Below, piece after piece: positions 8,564-16,774 of a DNA stretch of 17,069 bases. The stretch is taken from NCBI GenBank assembly GCA_964615185.1, contig CAZTOS010000045.1:2589-19657 (forward strand). The letters run 5' to 3'. Made by a program: the position numbers and the translations under genes. This DNA is from an uncultured Thermococci archaeon (lineage in GTDB: Archaea > Methanobacteriota_B > Thermococci > Thermococcales > Thermococcaceae). A model generated the notes under the pieces. That model saw only the letters and a list, made by a program, of their open reading frames with translations, had not been told where the DNA came from and did no database searches. The stretch's first letter is position 1. Every line of letters begins with the position of its first letter.

Positions 8564-10698
8564 CTCCTTCCCACCCTCCTTATCATCCAGAACACTGCTC
8601 CAAATGTCAATATTAGTATAAGTATTCCAATGTAGGCTGACTTTGAGCTTTGAGAGACCCTAACTGTTATTTGAGAAGTTGCTTTAGTCTGATCGCTTTT
8701 TGCAGTTATCGTTATCTGATAGCTCCCAGCCGGAGTCGTCTTTGGAGCCTTTACCACCACTCTGACCTGAGTTAACGCTTCACCAACTACCCTCACGCCA
8801 CCTTTTTCAAAAATCTCAGACCTAAGCTCTGGAACTACTTCGGGGTAAAATCTAACCTCCCAGCCTTCAGGAGCACTTGCCTCAAATTTTATGTTCGTTA
8901 TGGGAGTGTTGCCAAGGTTTCTAATTCTGAGATAGGCGCTTCCTTCTTTTCCAGCTTTGATGCTTATCATCGGTGGGTTTGGATAGATTTCAAGGCGATA
9001 TTCCCCAACAAGCTTGACTTTTATTGTCTTTTCAACTTCATCTGCCGATCCTTTAATTTGGAGCGTAGCTTCATATTCTCCAGGCTGTGCCGTATATGAC
9101 GAAACAACTGCAAGGTATACTGTTTTGCTTTCACCAGCTTTGACATCAATACTTTCGATAGGATTCAGTCCCTGCTGATCAAGATAAAATTCAACGTTCC
9201 AGCCTTCGGGGGCTTTTGCATAAAGGCTGTATGTGTCATCTTCTTTTCCGAGGTTCTTTATGGTTATCGGTACGATCTCCTTGCCTATGTTCATGCTTAT
9301 TATATCCCTTGTCTCTATGGTGAATGCATAGGGTAATCTTTCCAGTTTTAACCTGATACTTTTCTCTTCCCCATCTTCAAGTGTTATCTTCCTCTTCACC
9401 GTCTTATGGAACTTTTTCTCAGCGATTATGGTATACTCCCCGGGCTTGATCTCAAGTTCAGCGATACCATAGGCATCTGTATAAACGGTGATATTTCCTA
9501 TGGTTATCTTCGCTTTTTTAACGGGATTGCTCTCTTCATCCACGATGCTGATTTTCAGCTTAGCGGGCATGCCTTTGTAGGTTTTGTAAACCACAACAGA
9601 GAAATTATAAATCTGCTGGTTTATTGAGAACTTTATCTTATGTTCACCAAGTTCTGCATTCCTGGGTATGCTAACTAAAATTGTTAAATCTTTGCTGCCA
9701 TCAATTGAAAATGATCTGACTGCATAGCCGTTAAGAAGGAAATGAACACTCCAGTTTTCAGGTTTTTCAATTACGTTAAAATCAATCCTGCCAGTTCCGT
9801 CAATTGTCAATGGCAGTGTAATGTTTTTCCCTGCTTCGCTCTCCATGGAGAGAATTGGAAGTTCAACTTGAAATTCCCTCTTAGTGAAAAAACTGATCTC
9901 ACACAGCTTTTTCCCTACCATGAATCTCAGGGTTCCCTCCTTTGGATTCTCAACAACAAGGTTAACAGATAATTTTTCACCTGGCTTGAGCGTAACGCTG
10001 AGAACCTCAACGTTATTATATAGGAACTTTGCGTTCCAGTCTGAGAGGATTTTAAGAGGTAGCACAAGCTCAGTGGAGCTTCTGCTCTCTATCTCAACTG
10101 GAATAGAAACCTCCCTGCTTGCAACCACTGCATTGAAAGGATAATAAACGTCATACTCAAGAGTGGGGCTTTTTTTGACCTTTGGTAGTAAATATATGCG
10201 AAGCTCTTCATCAGTGTACGTTATAATGAGATTTTCATACGTGAGATTTTTTGTAACTGTGTATGTCTCCCCATCAATGCTGAGCTCAAGCGGCTGGGTA
10301 TTCAGGATCTTTAGGTTTACACCATCAACTGTAACCGTGCGGTTTACTCGAGGTGTTACCTCTGCAAGAAGCTTGGGTTTCCACATCAGAATAACCCTGG
10401 CAGTCTCGTCTGTTTTTCCTATGATGACCTTAAGTTCTTCGATCTCAATTTCAGTTCCGAAAAGAGCCTTCTTTACAGTCTTTATTTCATCGCCCCTATA
10501 AACAATTATGTAAAGCTCTTCTGTGATGCTCTTTGTAAGCTCAATTGTGTAGTTGTTGACTAAAAGCCTGTCTCCCACTGAAAGTTTTCCATCATAAATT
10601 TTCACATAGTAGTCTGAATCATCTGAAGAAACAAGGGGCAACGAAGCTAAAGGCATAATTAAAAGACCCAGGATCAGTAAAAATGAAATTTCCCTCAC
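8560..10698 (-). CDS. Secreted, C-terminally anchored protein with repeated NEW3-like (COG1470-type) beta-sandwich domains and a carboxypeptidase-regulatory/PEGA-like domain
   Basis: Signal peptide MREISFLLILGLLIMPLAS; repeats SDWNAKF, PENWSVHF, APEGWNVEF, APEGWEVRF; VDEESNPVKKAKITIG...TDAYG...PGEYTIIAEK segment; C-terminal TM plus RRVGRR. GTG start after GGAGG. Confidence 0.75.
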   Translation of the reverse strand: MREISFLLILGLLIMPLASLPLVSSDDSDYYVKIYDGKLSVGDRLLVNNYTIELTKSITEELYIIVYRGDEIKTVKKALFGTEIEIEELKVIIGKTDETARVILMWKPKLLAEVTPRVNRTVTVDGVNLKILNTQPLELSIDGETYTVTKNLTYENLIITYTDEELRIYLLPKVKKSPTLEYDVYYPFNAVVASREVSIPVEIESRSSTELVLPLKILSDWNAKFLYNNVEVLSVTLKPGEKLSVNLVVENPKEGTLRFMVGKKLCEISFFTKREFQVELPILSMESEAGKNITLPLTIDGTGRIDFNVIEKPENWSVHFLLNGYAVRSFSIDGSKDLTILVSIPRNAELGEHKIKFSINQQIYNFSVVVYKTYKGMPAKLKISIVDEESNPVKKAKITIGNITVYTDAYGIAELEIKPGEYTIIAEKKFHKTVKRKITLEDGEEKSIRLKLERLPYAFTIETRDIISMNIGKEIVPITIKNLGKEDDTYSLYAKAPEGWNVEFYLDQQGLNPIESIDVKAGESKTVYLAVVSSYTAQPGEYEATLQIKGSADEVEKTIKVKLVGEYRLEIYPNPPMISIKAGKEGSAYLRIRNLGNTPITNIKFEASAPEGWEVRFYPEVVPELRSEIFEKGGVRVVGEALTQVRVVVKAPKTTPAGSYQITITAKSDQTKATSQITVRVSQSSKSAYIGILILILTFGAVFWMIRRVGRR

Positions 10699-10699
10699 C

Positions 10700-11617
10700 T
10701 TAATCCCTCCTGTAAATTGTCTTTAGGAAAATATCCTCCAAGCTGGGTTCTTCTATTTCAAGACTGACTATTGTGACACCCTTCTCTGCTAAGAACTTTG
10801 AGAGATCCTCCCTTATATCTGTCTTTGCAAAGATTATTGCCCTGGTTTTGCTTGGATATTCAACTCTTATAACTTCAGGTAGCTCTATCTCCGGAATCTC
10901 CTGCTTGGTTTCCACCTTTATCTCATACCCTTCAAGCTCCATGAACTGCTTTTTGATTTCTTCAAGGGTTCCCAACGCCCTAAGCTTTCCTTTCACTATT
11001 ATTCCAACCTCGTCGCTGAGCTCCTCAACCTCGCTGAGAATGTGGCTTGAAAAGAAGACTGTCTTTCCCTTTTTATGCTCTTCTTTAACAATACTTTTAA
11101 CGAGAAATGCTCCCTCAGGATCGAGCCCGCTCGTTGGTTCATCAAGGATCAACACTTCAGGGTCATTTATCAAAGCTTGAGCAAGTAAAAGTCTCTGCTT
11201 CATTCCTTTTGAGAATGTCTTGACTTTTCTGTATCTCACATCCCAGAGTCCAACAAGCTTCAAAAGTTCTTCAATGCGCCTTTCCTTTTCCTGCCTTGAA
11301 AAGTTGTAAAAATTTGCAAAGAATTCAAGGTTTTTCCAAGCAGTTAGCTCATCGTAAGCTGTTGCATTTTCAGGAAGAAAACCAATCTTCTCCTTAACTT
11401 TTATCGGCTCTCTGAAGACATCATGTCCAAGTATCTTTATGCTCCCATTGTCGGGTAATATTAAGCCAAGCATGCTTAGAATGGTTGTGGTCTTGCCTGC
11501 ACCATTTGGTCCCAGAAATCCAAAGACAATGCCTTTTTTAACATTAAATGTAAGCTCATCAACTGCTTTTAAATCTCCATATTTCTTAGTTAGATTCTCT
11601 ATTTCTATAGCATACAT
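10700..11617 (-). CDS. ABC transporter ATP-binding protein (CcmA/COG1131-type)
   Basis: Walker A GPNGAGKTT, signature FSKGMKQR, Walker B LILDEPTSGLD, H-loop SSHILSE, C-terminal PSLEDIF. Confidence 0.95.
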   Translation of the reverse strand: MYAIEIENLTKKYGDLKAVDELTFNVKKGIVFGFLGPNGAGKTTTILSMLGLILPDNGSIKILGHDVFREPIKVKEKIGFLPENATAYDELTAWKNLEFFANFYNFSRQEKERRIEELLKLVGLWDVRYRKVKTFSKGMKQRLLLAQALINDPEVLILDEPTSGLDPEGAFLVKSIVKEEHKKGKTVFFSSHILSEVEELSDEVGIIVKGKLRALGTLEEIKKQFMELEGYEIKVETKQEIPEIELPEVIRVEYPSKTRAIIFAKTDIREDLSKFLAEKGVTIVSLEIEEPSLEDIFLKTIYRRD

Positions 11618-11621
11618 TGTA

Positions 11622-12548
11622 TCACCTCAGATCAGCTTTCATGAATCTCAAATAACCGAGAGCAAAGGGAATCAGCATCATTACGGCAAGTATGATAATA
11701 TTCTTCCATGCCACGCCTAATGCCTCGAGATACGATACCTCTGGGGTTTGGAGAGAAAGTGAGAATGCCATGTTCTGGGCAAGTTGAGATGATGTAACAC
11801 CATAGAATATTGCATTGTTTATGTTCTCCAAGTGAAAACCTGGCTGGATCATGAAGAAGGTTTGCGTTTTCCTCACCATTTCTTGAATGACTTCGGGCGG
11901 CGTTGTCCCCGATGAAATGGTTCTAAGTGCCATAATCGTGGACACAACCATTGGGTATATTATCTCAAGAAAAATTGGAAGTATAACAGCGATTATTATT
12001 GCCGTTGAAGGCTTTTTTACTGCTGTTGAAAGGAGCATTCCAAGGGAAAGGTACACAAGAGAGAAGAGGATGAAGAAGGGCAGCGGCTTTATGAATGCCA
12101 GGAGCATGTCCGAGCTAAGGAGAATTCCTATTATGAGCATTGATGCCGTGCTTACCGAAGCGAAAATTACAAATCCTATTATAACCGTAACTGCCCTTCC
12201 AAGAAGTTTCCCAAGGAGAAACTGATCCCTGTAAATTGGATGTCCAAGTGTTACTTTTATAGTTCCGCTTTCGATTTCTCTGTTTAGTGCATCGGCACCT
12301 ATGAGCATGGAGATTATTGCAAGGAAGTTTTTTGCGGTTGAAAGGAGATTCCCTCTCACAGCTCTGCTTAAAAACTGCTCATTGCCCAGTGATCCTCCTT
12401 CACCGACTGGAAGATTCATTATTACGCTCTTTATCCAGTAAGCCATTCCAATTCCAGCTAAAACAAAAATTGCAAGAGTTATTATGAGCCTTTTCGTTCT
12501 GATGCTCTCTTGGATGTCTTTAATTGCAACATTCAGGACGGAATTCAT
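11622..12548 (-). CDS. ABC-2/NosY-like transporter permease (paralog of 7637..8563)
   Basis: GADALNREIESGTIKVTLGHPIYRDQFLLGKLLG; C-terminal RFMKADLR. ATG 12548 follows SD GGTGAGG. Confidence 0.88.
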   Translation of the reverse strand: MNSVLNVAIKDIQESIRTKRLIITLAIFVLAGIGMAYWIKSVIMNLPVGEGGSLGNEQFLSRAVRGNLLSTAKNFLAIISMLIGADALNREIESGTIKVTLGHPIYRDQFLLGKLLGRAVTVIIGFVIFASVSTASMLIIGILLSSDMLLAFIKPLPFFILFSLVYLSLGMLLSTAVKKPSTAIIIAVILPIFLEIIYPMVVSTIMALRTISSGTTPPEVIQEMVRKTQTFFMIQPGFHLENINNAIFYGVTSSQLAQNMAFSLSLQTPEVSYLEALGVAWKNIIILAVMMLIPFALGYLRFMKADLR

Positions 12549-12559
12549 GACCCTCACCT

Positions 12560-12609
12560 GTAAAGTTAACTTTACGTTTCTTAATGTTGAATCTGCTTAT
12601 AAAGTTTAC
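12560..12609 (-). promoter_or_regulatory. Promoter of the ABC operon with a palindromic operator candidate
   Basis: Minus strand GTAAAC-TTTATAAG (12609..12596); perfect palindrome GTAAAGTTAACTTTAC at 12560-12575. Confidence 0.6.
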
Positions 12610-12666
12610 TATCAGCATGAGTTTGACTGAAATAACAGAAAAATATTAACAGAACAAATCGATTAA

Positions 12667-12996
12667 CTACTCCTTCTCAAGAATTACTGCGGTGCCATAT
12701 GCAAAAATCTCAGCGACTCCGGTGGTTACCGCAGAAGTCATGAATCTAACTCCGATAACTCCATTGGCTCCCATCTCCTTTGCATGCTGTATCATCCTTT
12801 GGAGTGCAACTTCCCTTGCTTCAGCAAGCATTTCAGTGTACTCCCTAACTTCTCCACCAACAATGTTTCTTATCCCAGCAAGAATGTCTTTTCCAATATG
12901 CTTAGCCCTAACAGTTGCCCCTCTGGCTATCCCGAGCACTTTAACTACCTTGTATCCTGGAACATGTTCAGTAGTTGTAACAATAAACTCCTCCAT
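12667..12996 (-). CDS. YbjQ/UPF0145-family protein
   Basis: IVTTTEHVPG...GKDILAGIRNIVGGEVREYTEMLAEAREVALQRM...GANGVIGVRF...AYGTAV. ATG 12996 follows GGAGGT repeats. Confidence 0.92.
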   Translation of the reverse strand: MEEFIVTTTEHVPGYKVVKVLGIARGATVRAKHIGKDILAGIRNIVGGEVREYTEMLAEAREVALQRMIQHAKEMGANGVIGVRFMTSAVTTGVAEIFAYGTAVILEKE

Positions 12997-13040
12997 ACCT
13001 CCACCTCCACATACCTCGGACTTCGATGTATTGTAGGAAT

Positions 13041-13060
13041 TCAAAGCTTAAAAACTTTTC
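13041..13060. promoter_or_regulatory. Overlapping bidirectional BRE/TATA for ybjQ-like gene (-) and moaC (+)
   Basis: Plus strand CAAAG-CTTAAAAA and minus strand GAAAAG-TTTTTAAG occupy the same bases of an 88-bp divergent intergenic region. Confidence 0.5.
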
Positions 13061-13084
13061 CATTGTAGAAAAAGTGGTGATTGC

Positions 13085-13555
13085 ATGAAGCTAACTCATG
13101 TGGATGAAAAAGGTGTTAAAATGGTGGAAGTTGGCCATAAAGATGTTGTGTTTAGGAAAGCGATTGCCAAGGGGAAGATAAGGCTCAAACCGGACACAAT
13201 AAAGCTTATTCAAGAAGGTAAAACTAAAAAAGGAAACGTGATTGCGACAGCCCAAATAGCGGGAATTTTGGCAGTGAAAAGAACTTGGGAGATGATACCT
13301 CTTTGTCATCCTATTCCGCTAACTGGTGTTGATATAAGCTTTGAGTTTGGAGAAGATTACATTGAAGCAACTTGCGAGGTTAGAGCGTATTACAAGACGG
13401 GGGTTGAGATGGAAGCTTTAACGGGGGTTAGCGTCGCTTTACTTACAATCTGGGACATGGTAAAAGCTGTTGAAAAAGACGAGAAAGGACAGTATCCAGT
13501 TACGATGATTTATGACATTAGGGTTGTTGAGAAGATTAAAGAAAGCCAGCTTTAA
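13085..13555 (+). CDS. moaC: Cyclic pyranopterin monophosphate synthase MoaC
   Basis: LTHVD...[54 protein letters not shown]. Confidence 0.97.
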   Translation: MKLTHVDEKGVKMVEVGHKDVVFRKAIAKGKIRLKPDTIKLIQEGKTKKGNVIATAQIAGILAVKRTWEMIPLCHPIPLTGVDISFEFGEDYIEATCEVRAYYKTGVEMEALTGVSVALLTIWDMVKAVEKDEKGQYPVTMIYDIRVVEKIKESQL

Positions 13556-13572
13556 ATTTTCCCTCATTTTTC

Positions 13573-14088
13573 CTATTCTCTGCAATATCCCAAGATGTAG
13601 TATTCCAAAATCCTGAGAAGTTTCTTTATAATGAAATACCCCCCGATTGCTAAGAAGAACGTTAGGAGAGGAACCTTCTTTGTTAGATAAGTTGTAGCAA
13701 ATGCCACAGGTAACCAAACAAGAAATGGCTGAAATTCCATAATAATCTGTGCTTTTTTGGAACTTTGGCTTAAAATGAGCTTTTTTAGTGTCGCTTCATC
13801 ACGAACTAAGTAAGCGTCTTGCTTTGAAATTCCTTCTTTAGTTAAGAGCTTTTCGCTGATTACGAGCAGATTCCCATTGTTTTCAAATTTCATCAAATAA
13901 ACATACTTCTCATTAATTGCAGTTGCAAGAAGGGAGTCTATTTTAAGCTCTGCATCATAGGAGTCCTCGTAAAATTCAATGAACCTAATGCTTCTCAGCT
14001 TCAACTCCTCTTTAATTTTCTCTTTCTCAAATTTTAGTTTCCAAATTCTCAGGTGATATCTTGGGTTGATGAGCTTCCCAAACATCAT
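13573..14088 (-). CDS. Hypothetical membrane protein (soluble N-terminal domain plus two C-terminal TM helices)
   Basis: 171-aa ORF filling the gap with host-like composition; hydrophobic segments FQPFLVWLPVAFATTYL and VPLLTFFLAIGGYFII; no family recognised. Confidence 0.65.
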   Translation of the reverse strand: MMFGKLINPRYHLRIWKLKFEKEKIKEELKLRSIRFIEFYEDSYDAELKIDSLLATAINEKYVYLMKFENNGNLLVISEKLLTKEGISKQDAYLVRDEATLKKLILSQSSKKAQIIMEFQPFLVWLPVAFATTYLTKKVPLLTFFLAIGGYFIIKKLLRILEYYILGYCRE

Positions 14089-14175
14089 AACAACTGATAT
14101 ACATTAAAAATTTTAAACTTTGTGTTGTATTACTGGGGGAAAATATTCATAAACTTTTGCGATAAGCATCAAAAG

Positions 14176-15873
14176 ATGAAGCTCAACAGCGAAGCGAGAG
14201 CGATCTACAAAAGTATTCGTGAAGAGATAAAGAAAAGAATTCAGCTTAAGGAGAGCCTAACGTATCTTGATAAATTTGAACCAACAAATGATAAGAACGA
14301 AATTCTAAGGAGACAGGCTTATTTTAAAGAGAATCTTCCAAGAATTGTACCAGAACTAAAGGGGATATTAGTAAAAATCAAGCCAATTCGTTTTAAAAAG
14401 GATTTTCTGCACGATAGGCTGTTAGTTGTTGATGAAAGTGAGATTGAAAAAGCTCAAGCTTTGGGGGTGTGTGAGGTTTCAACAGAGCCTTTGGAGGGGT
14501 ATGATTTAATTCTAAGCACCATAGGGATTGGAATTGACGTCGAGCTGAGCATAAGTGAAGTTGCTCCTGAGCTCTATATCATGCCTCTTTGGGAGAATAG
14601 AGAGACATTGAAAGCTTTAGCACAAATTGCTAACCTTCTTGGAGAAAAGAGTGTTGCTGAATCAATTTTGAAAACGTTGGGAGAGTTAGAGGAGATAATG
14701 AAGCGAAGAGAACTAATTGAAAATCTTGACGAGCTGATAGCAAAAGAAGAGAGAAGATTAAACGAAAAGATAGCAGAAAAGCTTGAGAAATTCAGCCTAA
14801 CTTTGACTGGCAAGGAGCTATTAGACTTTCTAAAAGAGCTCAGAGAAGGGAACTATGATGCGATATTTAAGCACTTCAGCGAAATTGAGAGTGAGATTCT
14901 TGAAGAAATAAATGAAGCGAAGGAAAGGCTCAGCGAAAAGCTAAACTTTACTGTTGAACTGTTTTCACGAGAAAACCTTTATCCCATCGAAGTCCCTCCA
15001 GAAAGCATTGAGACTTTGCATCGAGAACTGGAAAGGGAACTCAAAGTTGAGTTGTATTTGAAGAGTCGTGAAATTCTTGATGAAATAAAGCACCTCATAC
15101 CAAAACTTAAAGAGGAGATAAACAAAGCCTATGAGCTGGAGTTTTTAAGGGCTGTGAAAGAATTTACAGAAGGATTTACATTCCCAGAGCTGATTGAAGG
15201 GGGAATTGGATTCATAAATGGGAGGCATCTGTTCATTAGGAATCCCCAGCTTGTTAGCTATGCTGTTGGAAAGATTCCAATAAAGTTCGATGGAATAAAT
15301 GGGGAGAGAGTCGTTATTTTAACAGGTGCAAACAGTGGTGGGAAGACTTCACTGCTTGAGCTTATCTCTCAAATAGTAATTTTCACTCATATGGGCTTTC
15401 CAGTTAATGCCGAGAAAGCTTGGGTTGAAGTTTTAGATGAGCTTTTCTTCTTCAAGCGGAAGCGGGCCATTTACGGTGCCGGGGCTTTTGAGACAGCCTT
15501 AAAGAGCTTTGTAAGAGCATTAACAAGCGATGGGAGAAAGCTGATTTTGATTGACGAGTTTGAAGCAATAACGGAGCCAGGTGCTGCTGTCAAGATAATA
15601 GCGGAGCTTCTGAAGATTGCTTATGAAAAAGGATTCTACGTCATTATTGTGTCTCATCTGGGAGAAGACTTGAAGAAAGAACTGCCTTTTGCGAGAGTTG
15701 ATGGAATTGAGGCTCAAGGCTTGGATGAAAACCTCAACTTAATTGTTGACAGACAGCCAAAGTTTGGGGTTTTGGGTAAAAGCACCCCAGAGCTGATTGT
15801 TGAAAAGCTCTATCGCACCAAGAGAGGAAAAGAGAAGAAGATTTTTGAGAGGGTGTGGAGGGCATTCACTTAA
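14176..15873 (+). CDS. Archaeal MutS-family ATPase (MutS2-like/MutS5 type, no Smr domain)
   Basis: C-terminal MutS domain V: GRHLFI, ILTGANSGGKTSLL, GAGAFE, LILIDEFEAITEPGAA, IVSHL; long helical N-terminal region. ATG 14176 preferred. Confidence 0.88.
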   Translation: MKLNSEARAIYKSIREEIKKRIQLKESLTYLDKFEPTNDKNEILRRQAYFKENLPRIVPELKGILVKIKPIRFKKDFLHDRLLVVDESEIEKAQALGVCEVSTEPLEGYDLILSTIGIGIDVELSISEVAPELYIMPLWENRETLKALAQIANLLGEKSVAESILKTLGELEEIMKRRELIENLDELIAKEERRLNEKIAEKLEKFSLTLTGKELLDFLKELREGNYDAIFKHFSEIESEILEEINEAKERLSEKLNFTVELFSRENLYPIEVPPESIETLHRELERELKVELYLKSREILDEIKHLIPKLKEEINKAYELEFLRAVKEFTEGFTFPELIEGGIGFINGRHLFIRNPQLVSYAVGKIPIKFDGINGERVVILTGANSGGKTSLLELISQIVIFTHMGFPVNAEKAWVEVLDELFFFKRKRAIYGAGAFETALKSFVRALTSDGRKLILIDEFEAITEPGAAVKIIAELLKIAYEKGFYVIIVSHLGEDLKKELPFARVDGIEAQGLDENLNLIVDRQPKFGVLGKSTPELIVEKLYRTKRGKEKKIFERVWRAFT

Positions 15874-16531
15874 TCCACTTTCTCTCTCTTACATATCTAC
15901 CTCTGCTTTCGATTTCCTCTATCTTCTCTTTTAGCCCCTGGGCTTTCTCTTTTCCTCTAACTTCTCCATAACCCTCAAGAACAGCCTCAAAACCTTTTTC
16001 AAACCACCTATAGTGGGTGCTTTCCATAGCTCTCTTTAGTAGATGTAGATCAACGCCTTGAGCTTCAATTGTATTATCAAAATCTGCCAGTCCGAAATCG
16101 ATGAAGTAAATTTTTCCCTCTCTTAAAATCATGTTGGATGTTGTCAAATCCCCGTGAATAATACCAGCCTCATGCAGTTTTCCAATTTGTCTTCCAATTT
16201 CACGGCAAAGTTTCAAACGCTCTTCTATGGGAATTTTTTCCAGATATTCCTTCAAACGCTCTCCTTCAATAAATTCCATAACAATTTTCATATCCTTCAA
16301 ATCAACTTCATAGATATAAGGGACATTAACTCCGAACTCTTTAGCTCTGTGTAGGATTCTTGCTTCCCTAACAGTTCTCTCCTTTCTCAGCTTCTGATCA
16401 ATCTCCTTTATCCTGTACCGTTTCGAAATACGATGCTTTATAATCACCTTTTCGTCATTAAATGGGAAATAAAGCTCCTCAAATTTAGCTAAGTAGATTT
16501 TTGCTTCTGCTCCTTGCTTTATTAGTTCCAT
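15866..16531 (-). CDS. bud32: KEOPS complex kinase Bud32 (Kae1-associated, t6A biosynthesis)
   Basis: KQGAEAKIY, KHRISKRYR...RKERTVREA, IIHGDLTTSNMI, FIDFGL, VDLHLLKRAMESTH, IESRGRY. Confidence 0.95.
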   Translation of the reverse strand: MELIKQGAEAKIYLAKFEELYFPFNDEKVIIKHRISKRYRIKEIDQKLRKERTVREARILHRAKEFGVNVPYIYEVDLKDMKIVMEFIEGERLKEYLEKIPIEERLKLCREIGRQIGKLHEAGIIHGDLTTSNMILREGKIYFIDFGLADFDNTIEAQGVDLHLLKRAMESTHYRWFEKGFEAVLEGYGEVRGKEKAQGLKEKIEEIESRGRYVRERKWIK

Positions 16532-16708
16532 TGATACCACCTTCTGTGCCTTCCATGTGCTTTATCCATTGGCATTATTTCATGCATGATGCTTAAATAA
16601 CTTATCTACCTTCCTTGCCCCTTAGTTTCTTAATAATTGTCTATTAGGTTTAATTTTTCAATCTTTTTGGCAATTTAACAAAAATTTTAATTAAAACTTG
16701 ACTTTTTG

Positions 16709-16727
16709 AACAAAAATTTTTTATAGA
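16709..16727 (+). promoter_or_regulatory. BRE/TATA promoter of the thermosome gene
   Basis: AACAAAAA-TTTTTTATAGA about 50 bp upstream of ATG 16775; SD GGAGG at 16761. Confidence 0.5.
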
Positions 16728-16774
16728 ACACTAACGTATGGAAAGCGTATTGAAATCTCAGGAGGAATGTCGAA

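Noticed and set aside
8004..13068. Plus-strand ORFs of 70-135 aa opposite the ABC operon and the ybjQ-like gene
   Set aside because: Antisense shadows of well-supported minus-strand genes.
16580..16589. Palindrome TCATGCATGA downstream of the bud32 TATA box
   Set aside because: A single 10-bp palindrome is expected by chance in 17 kb; no second copy or other support.
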